Position numbers and translations under genes: made by a program. From the human T2T-CHM13v2.0 reference genome, Homo sapiens, in assembly GCF_009914755.1 (NCBI RefSeq), contig NC_060943.1: DNA of 64,000 nt; one strand, written 5' to 3'. Below the pieces are notes generated by a model. It searched no databases, was not told the origin of the DNA, and saw only the letters and a program-made list of their open reading frames with translations. Shown here one piece after another: positions 56,930-64,000 of this stretch (within the stretch, counting starts at the first letter, position 1; each line of letters begins with the position of its first letter).

Positions 56930-57990
56930 CAATTACCATAGATCCAGTAATACTGCTTCTTGGTTTTACTGAAATGAGTTAAACATTTATGTCCACACAA
57001 AATCTTGTACATGAATATTTATAGCACCTTTGTTCATAATTGGCAAAATTTGGTAGCAACCAAAATGTCCTTCAGTAAGTGAACAGGTAAGTGTGGTACA
57101 TTTAGAAAATGGTATATTTATCCACATTAAAATAAATAATAAAAGATATGGAAGAACTTAAATACATATTTCTAAGTGAAAGGATCTGATATGGTTTGGC
57201 TGTGTCCCCACTCAAATCTCATCTTGAATTATAAGTACCACATGTCATGGGAGGAACCCAGTGGGAGGTGATTGAATTATAGGAGTGGGTTTTTCCCACG
57301 CTGTTCTCATGACAGTAAATTAGTCTCACGAGATCTGATGGCTTTAAAATCGGGAGTTTAGCTGCACAAGCTTATTCTCTTTGCCTGCTGCCATCCACCT
57401 AGGACGTGACTTGCTCCTCCTTGCCTTCTGCAATAATTGTGAGGCTTCCCCAGCCACGTGGAATTGTGAGTTCTCCATTAAACCGCTTTCCTTTGTAAAT
57501 TGCCCAGTCTCGGGTATGTCTTTATCAGCAGCGCGAAAACGGACTATTACAGGATCCAAACTAAAAGGACTACATACTGTGATTTGAACTATATGACATT
57601 CCAGAAAAAGCAAAACTATGGAGACAGTAAAAAATGAGTGGTTGCCAGGGGTTTGGGGGAAGGGAGGAAGGGATGAACAGGTGGAGCACGGAGGACTTTT
57701 AGGGCAGTGAAACTACTCTGTGATACTACCGTGGTGTGTATACAAGTCACTATGCCTTTGTCAAAACCCATATAACAACCAGCTAGAGTAAATCCTAATG
57801 TAAACTATGGATTTGGGATGATAATGATATGCCAGCGTACCATCAATTGTAACAAATATACTATTCTAGTGGGGAATATTTATAGTGGAGTGGCTGTACA
57901 TGCATGGGACAAGGGATATGTGGAAGCTCTATAATTTTTTGCTCAATTTTCCTATGAACCAAAACTGCTCTAAAAAATAATCTATTAAAA
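56930..57990 (+). mobile_element. L1M (MC/MD-like) 3' end interrupted by a THE1 LTR
   Basis: TTACCATAGATCCAG...CAACCAAAATGTCCTTCAGT...AAAACTATGGAGACAGT...GTAAACTATGG. Confidence 0.75.
57187..57551 (+). mobile_element. Solo THE1 LTR
   Basis: TGATATGGTTTGGCTGTGTCCCC...ACTATTACA; perfect TSD GGATC. Confidence 0.93.
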
Positions 57991-57995
57991 CTTTA

Positions 57996-58205
<210 letters not shown>

Positions 58206-58448
58206 TTAAAATTAACTAATTTGCAAATTAGTTTAAAATATGTATTTTGCAATGTTTGTGCTGTGTATTTGTATAACTCAAGGGAGATTAATTTTAACAA
58301 ATTGAATTTGGCAAGCCAGTTATTTCCATGAGCAGCCTAGTTAATTTATCTACTTAAACAACAAAAACAAGTAGATACACAGATTTTCTGGCACTTTCCA
58401 AGCTCACTATTTCCCTACTTTGACTATTGGCCTAAGAAATTGCCATAA

Positions 58449-58747
58449 GAGCTGTGTGTACCTGTAGCCCCAGCTACTTGGGAGGCTGAGGCGGAAGGAT
58501 CACTTGAGACCAGGAGTTTTAAACCAGCCTGGGCAACATAGCAAGAACCCTGTCTGTAAAAAAAAAATATATATATATTTTAAAAATTAGCTGGGCACAG
58601 TAGTGAGTGCCTGCAATCCCATATACTCAGGAAGCTGACACAGAAATGTCGCTGAAGCCGAAGAGTTTGAGGCTGCAGTAATCTATGATCCTGCCACTGC
58701 ACTCCAGCCTGGGCAACAGAGCAAGACTCTTCCTCAAAAAAAAAAAA
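58449..58747 (+). mobile_element. AluJ-like
   Basis: Diverged Alu with poly(A). Confidence 0.85.
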
Positions 58748-58895
58748 TTACCATTAGACACTCAAATATGCAGGCAAAATGAGTCCTTTGTGGAGTCACT
58801 CAGAAGGGCTCCCCACTTACCTTTCTATATGAAATCATGCTGGAGCCACACCTTCTCCCTTTCCTTTTCAGACAGGACTTAAATTCAGCAACTGA

Positions 58896-59330
<435 letters not shown>

Positions 59331-59352
59331 TAGCCACAAGATTATTAATAGT

Positions 59353-59913
59353 TGTGACGTATAATGTTTTGTGTCGACTTGCCTGCATTAAGGGCTACCC
59401 AAATAGTTGGGAAAACCTTAGTACAGGATATGTCTGTGAGAATGTTTATGGAAGATATTAGCAGTTGAGTCTGTAGACAATGTAAAGGAGATCTGGCCTC
59501 ATCAGTGTTAGGGGCCAACATCCAATGCTTTGAGAGCCAAGATAGAACAAAAAGGCAGAGAAAGAGCAAGTTACTCTCTTCTTGCCCTGGATCATCCACC
59601 TTCTGTTTTCCAACATTAAAGTTCTTGGATCTTGGGCCTTTGGACTCTGGAACATACAAGAATGACCCTCACCCAGTTCTCAGGCCTTCAGCCTCCAACT
59701 GGGAATTTCACCATAGGCTCCCTTGGTTTTCAGGCCTTCAGATGCAGACTGAATGATACCACCCACCTTCGTGTCTTACCAGGTTGCAAAAGGTATATCC
59801 TGGGACTTCTTAGCCTCCATAACTGGATGAGCCAAGTCCCATAATAAATCCCCTCTTGTACATCTATGTATCCTATTGGTTCTGTGTTTCTCTGGAGAAT
59901 CCTGACTAATACA
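59353..59913 (+). mobile_element. MLT2 (HERV-L) solo LTR
   Basis: TGTGA...TGTGTCGACTTG...TCCTATTGGTTCTG...CTGACTAATACA; TSD ATAGT / ATAGG. Confidence 0.85.
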
Positions 59914-60679
59914 ATAGGTTTCAGTAATTTTCATTTCACAACTGTTTTTCTAAGATGATCTCAACTCCCCATGCAAGCACTGTCCCTGCAGTAACAGTAT
60001 CAATGATCAAAATTTCCCATCAAAGAGATGAAAGCTAGGTGTCCCAAACCTTTATTCTGGTATTCTGATGTCCCCTTTGCACAAGTGCTCTGACTGTGAA
60101 CACTACAGACACTGTTCTACTTTAAAATGGCATATGCTAAGTGGCTCTTCTGTTTAGAAAGTTGCTACAATCCTAAAAGAAGCATATCTAAGAATATGGA
60201 GGAAGAAATATTATATGAATACAACACTGTTCCTTACAGGGCTAGACACACTCACCGATTACACAGGCAGGAGAGGCATTTTCTGTGAGACAAAATTCCT
60301 CTTTCGTCCTCCAGCTTCGGTGCGATCTAACGGATGTTTTATCATTCCTGTCATGGCGCTATGTAAACTCTATTTCCCTTATTCCTTACTGAGCATAATG
60401 AAACTCACAAAGCTGACTCTAACGTTCTACTTTACATAAATGTGTGGAGAAAGAAGGTAATGTTTACTAGGCTCTCGCCAAGGGTAGAGGCATTTTGTAT
60501 CTGAATAACTCTGACTACCTAGGTGACTAGTTGTACACAATACCCTCCAAAAATCTCTGTATGGTACCTTAAAAAAGCAGCGAAGCTCCTCCCTTGTCCA
60601 AGGAGGCTGGAGACACCACCTCTCAGCCTTCCCCTCCACCTTTCTCCATAGCAACGGGGTCATTCCTCCCTGAGGTCCA

Positions 60680-61420
60680 GGAGAAGGGCGACCTCTGCCA
60701 GCCCAAGAAGCGGTGAGAACTACATTACCCAGAGGCCCGTGAGCCAGGTTCTTGGCGTGGAGCCAATGAGGCTCAGGGGAGGGACATTTCCGCTCTGTCC
60801 AACTTGTCGGAGCGGAACTTCCGGCGTCCTCCCTGTGGCGGGCACTTTGGCTTGTGTCAGTTCCATCCGCGGGTGCCGGATCTGGACCTAGGTGCTGACA
60901 GCGAGAAGGCGCGAGGAGAGTCGTTTTCTCAGCTGCACAGCCGGGGCCTGACGGTCGCCGGCGGTGGTGACAGCTTTGCTCTTGTCTCCGCCCGGATCGT
61001 CCACCGCTCCCGGCCCGCTCCGCCCAGAGTCCGATGGCGGCGGCACTGAGGGCCCCGACCCAGGTGAGCGCTGCGTCCTCCCGGCCTCCTCTGCCCTCCC
61101 CACCCGAAACTGAGGGACGCGTGAAGGGTTTTCTGCAGCCCGGACCGCACTGTCCGGCACAGTGAGGCGCTGGTGCTGGATCTCGTTTCTGGTAGTGTGG
61201 CAGGGAGCGGGAGAGCGACACGGTCAGGGGGCTGCGCGGGCAACAGCTTGGAGCTGCGCCTGAGCCGGGAGGCTGGGGAGACCCAGGCCGGCCTCACGCG
61301 TGCAGGTAGCAGAGGGTGGGGCAGCGCCGCGCTGCATTGGCCCCACTGAGTTTCACCAGCACACTGAGGGCCACAGCGCGTAGGACAGAAGAGGGGCACG
61401 GCCCCAGTCACGCTTCTAAA
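60680..61420. promoter_or_regulatory. ZNF530: ZNF530 CpG-island promoter
   Basis: ACTACATTACCCAGAGGC 60719-60736; CCAAT 60763; ACTTCCGG 60817-60824; colinear with the ZIK1 promoter. Confidence 0.85.
61034..61063 (+). CDS. ZNF530: ZNF530 coding exon 1 (MAAALRAPTQ); rest of gene beyond window
   Basis: CCGATGGCGGCG start, CAG|GTGAG donor, near-identical to ZIK1 exon 1; name from recalled N-terminus and gene order. Confidence 0.8.
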
Positions 61421-61656
61421 AGTTTCACAAAAGCTGTTCAGAGGAACGCGCTGGAAGGGCAGTGATGATAGCAGGCATGGAGGGACCTAGTCTTTTTACG
61501 AGGTCACAAAGCTGGTAAAAGTCAGCACCAAGGACTGACACCCAGATACAAAGCAGTCATCCCTGGACACCTGGCTCTGGTGTTCCACATTGGAACCAGA
61601 AGTCCATGGAGCCACACTTTGGTCACCTGCCTCTCAGAACATGTTTCCTCCCACAG

Positions 61657-61708
61657 ATTGCCACTAGTACTTACAGGTCCGTAAGAAGCACTTGAAGACC
61701 CTACAAGG
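61657..61708 (+). other. ZNF530: Frame-disrupting homologue of the ZIK1/ZNF416 exon 2 in ZNF530
   Basis: CCTCCCACAG acceptor, AGG|GTAAGT donor, 52 nt with in-frame TGA. Confidence 0.6.
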
Positions 61709-62593
61709 GTAAGTGGAGGAAATCCAGAAGCTCATTGATTCCAGCAATGGGATCTCTAGGATTGGGACTGTGGTGACCTGGGATTCTTTACTTACCGCTT
61801 TTCCAGGCCTTGAGCCTAGGGACTCTGAACAAAAATATGTCCAGGGTGAGTATTATATGAGGTGGTGCCTGTTGCTGGCAAATAATAGGATGAATGTGGA
61901 AGTTTGTCCCAGAGATAAGTACAGGTGTTTGGAGCTGCTTGGAGGTGAGGCTGAGCTGGTTAAGAGAACCTCAAGTCTCATTTCCTTCTCATGGGAACAG
62001 AGAGCAGAGGTACAGGAGTTAGAAACTAAATGGCTGTCTCAGATGTCTTTGTTCTGGAGATGATGGCAGCAATGAAGATTTGGAGCAGAAGAGGGAGGTG
62101 ATCTTCCCCAGGCCTCATGAGGCTCCTGTGGCTGAGCACAGACAACAGACTGTGGGTTTAAGGGAGTTGGTAGCAATACCAAAGAGGAAAGAGGAGACTA
62201 CTGCAATAGTCCAGGTGAGTGTAGATGATGTGGGCCAGAGTAGTGGCCACAGTGTGGCAGAAATGGTTGAATTTTGGATTGTAGGTCGGCTCTGATTTTC
62301 TGGTATTGGGACTGAGAGATAAGAAGGGGTGACTCAAGGCTTTTTGAGTTTAGTAGCTGGAAGCATAGAAGCTCCATCTACTGGGAGAGCCAAGTAGATA
62401 GTAGAATTGTTTTTCACTCAGGACATCAGGAATGTGTTTTGTCCATGTTAAAAATATGAGATGTTTTAGAGAATAAGTAAGTAGCTATATCAAGTGGCTA
62501 GGTGGACACACAGGTCTTGGACTCTGAGGAAGGGTGCAGGATAGAGACTTCTACAAAGAGTGGAGGATATTATTGAACTAGGATGGAGCCCTA

Positions 62594-62970
62594 TGTCTGT
62601 TAGGCCATTTGCATTACTATAAAGAAATACCTAAGGCTGGGTAGTTTATAAAGAAACAAGGTTTATTACAGCTTATAGTTCTGCAGGCTGTACAGGAAGC
62701 TTAGCGCTAGTCTCCACTTCTGGTGAGGGCCTCAGGAAGCTTCCAATCATTGCAGAAGGCAAAAAGGGAGCCAGCAAGGCAGGAGGGAGGCACCAGTCTC
62801 TTTTTAGCAACCAGGTCTCATGTGAACTTATTACTGTTGGAAGGATACTATGCCATTCATGAGGGATCCACCTCCATGACCCAGATAACCTCCCACTAGG
62901 CCCCACTTCCAACATTGGGGATCACATTTCCAGGTGAGATTTGAAGGGGACAAATATCCAGGCTATATCA
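62594..62970 (-). mobile_element. MST MaLR LTR
   Basis: CTATAAAGAAATACC...GTTCTGCAGGCTGTACAGGAAGC...GGCCCCACTTCCAACATTGGGGATCAC...TATATCA. Confidence 0.85.
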
Positions 62971-62971
62971 G

Positions 62972-63381
62972 TGTCTTACCTTGGGTTGATAATGAAATAA
63001 CCTATATTGGTGGCTTAAACAACAAAAATTTGTTTCTCACAGTTCTGCAGGCTAGGAAATTCTACATCAGGGTGCCTCTAGATTCACTTATTTGTGATGG
63101 GCTGCTTCTTGACTTGCAGTGGCTGCCCTCTTGCTTTTTCCTCACATGGCCTTTCCTGGGAGGGAGTATGTAAAGAAAGCAAGGAATCTCTTTCTTTCTA
63201 TTCTTACAAAAGCATTAATTCCATCATGAGGGCCCCACTCTTTTGACCTTATCTAAATCTAATTACCACCCAAAGATTCCATCTCCAAATACTATCACAT
63301 TATATTAGGCTTCATTGTGTTAGTGCTTCAATGTAAGCATTTTGTGGGTGGGCGTGGGGCAGAAACATTAAGCCCATAACA
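62972..63381 (-). mobile_element. MLT1-like MaLR LTR
   Basis: GGTGGCTTAAACAACAAAAATTTGTTTCTCACAGTTCTG...ATCTCCAAATACTATCACATT. Confidence 0.75.
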
Positions 63382-63619
63382 TCATAGATCCCATTTAGTA
63401 GTGGGATTCCTGGTCATGATGATAATATTAATAGCAGGCCAGGAAGGGGAAGGGTGGGAGCCACAAGAGGGTACCATACTTGGGTATCTGGATGGATGTT
63501 GTGGAAATCACAAATACAGGTTATAGAGGGAAGCAGCCCTAGGAATAATACAGAGAGAGGATACCAGGCAGGTGGCCAAGGGTTATGAAGGATGAGTGAA
63601 TATAAGATGGATGTGGAGG

Positions 63620-63825
63620 CTGCATTAGTCCATTTTCGTGCTGCTGATAAAGACATACCTGAGACTGGGAAGAAAAAGAGGGTTAATGGACTTGCAGTTC
63701 CACATGGCTGGGGAGGCCTCACAATCATGGTGGAAGGCAAGGAAGAGCAAGTCACATCTTACATGGATGGCAGCAGGCAAAAAGAGAGTTTGTGCAGGGG
63801 AACTCCTCTTTTTAAAACCATCAGT
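63620..63825 (-). mobile_element. THE1 LTR (interrupted by an Alu)
   Basis: ATTAGTCCATTTTC.TGCTGCTGATAAAGACATACCTGAGACTGG. Confidence 0.85.
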
Positions 63826-64000
63826 TCTTCTTTTTTTGAGATGGAGTCTTGCTCTGTTCCCCAGGCTGGAGGGCAGTGGTGAGATCTCAGCTCCCTACAG
63901 CCTCCACCTCCCAGACTCAAGGGATTCTCCTGTCTCAGCCTCCCAAGTAGCTGGGATTACAGGCATCCACCACCACACCCAGCTAATTTTCGTATTTTTA
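63825..64000 (-). mobile_element. Alu (runs off window)
   Basis: Reverse Alu right arm. Confidence 0.9.

Noticed and set aside
60427-61411. 264-aa and 160-aa minus-strand ORFs
   Set aside because: They lie in a GC-rich CpG island where stops are rare; low-complexity, no recognisable domain

Overview
Human/primate genomic DNA from a KRAB-C2H2 zinc-finger gene cluster. I recognise it from the proteins as 19q13.43. I reconstructed three complete spliced genes from GT-AG sites and frame arithmetic: ZNF550 (- strand, 4 coding exons, 1269 nt, 422 aa, 8 fingers), ZNF416 (- strand, 1785 nt, 594 aa, 11 intact fingers) and ZIK1 (+ strand, 1464 nt, 487 aa, 9 fingers). The first coding exon of ZNF530 (+) is near the right end. 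The first ~700 nt resemble the 3' UTR of another + strand paralogue, probably ZNF549. Each gene has a CpG-island promoter with an ACTACA/ZNF143-type motif and an ETS motif. The rest is dense in repeats: 24 Alu entries, L1 3' ends, MaLR/ERVL LTRs, a solo HERV-K LTR5, and a 9-kb block of two oppositely oriented ERV1 halves, one with a decayed EnvV-like env. I see no evidence of a wholly new biological system. The best leads are: an open, in-frame but skipped KRAB-B-like exon in ZNF416 (dead in ZIK1); an orphan KRAB-A pseudo-exon copied from the ZNF550 lineage; a stop-containing version of the family micro-exon in ZNF530; a 23-nt exact copy of a ZIK1 recognition-helix sequence inside a downstream LTR; and a perfect 19-bp hairpin with four E-boxes in ZIK1 intron 3. 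Repeat subfamily names come from memory of consensus sequences and need Dfam/RepeatMasker confirmation. Repeat ends without a stated TSD are approximate.
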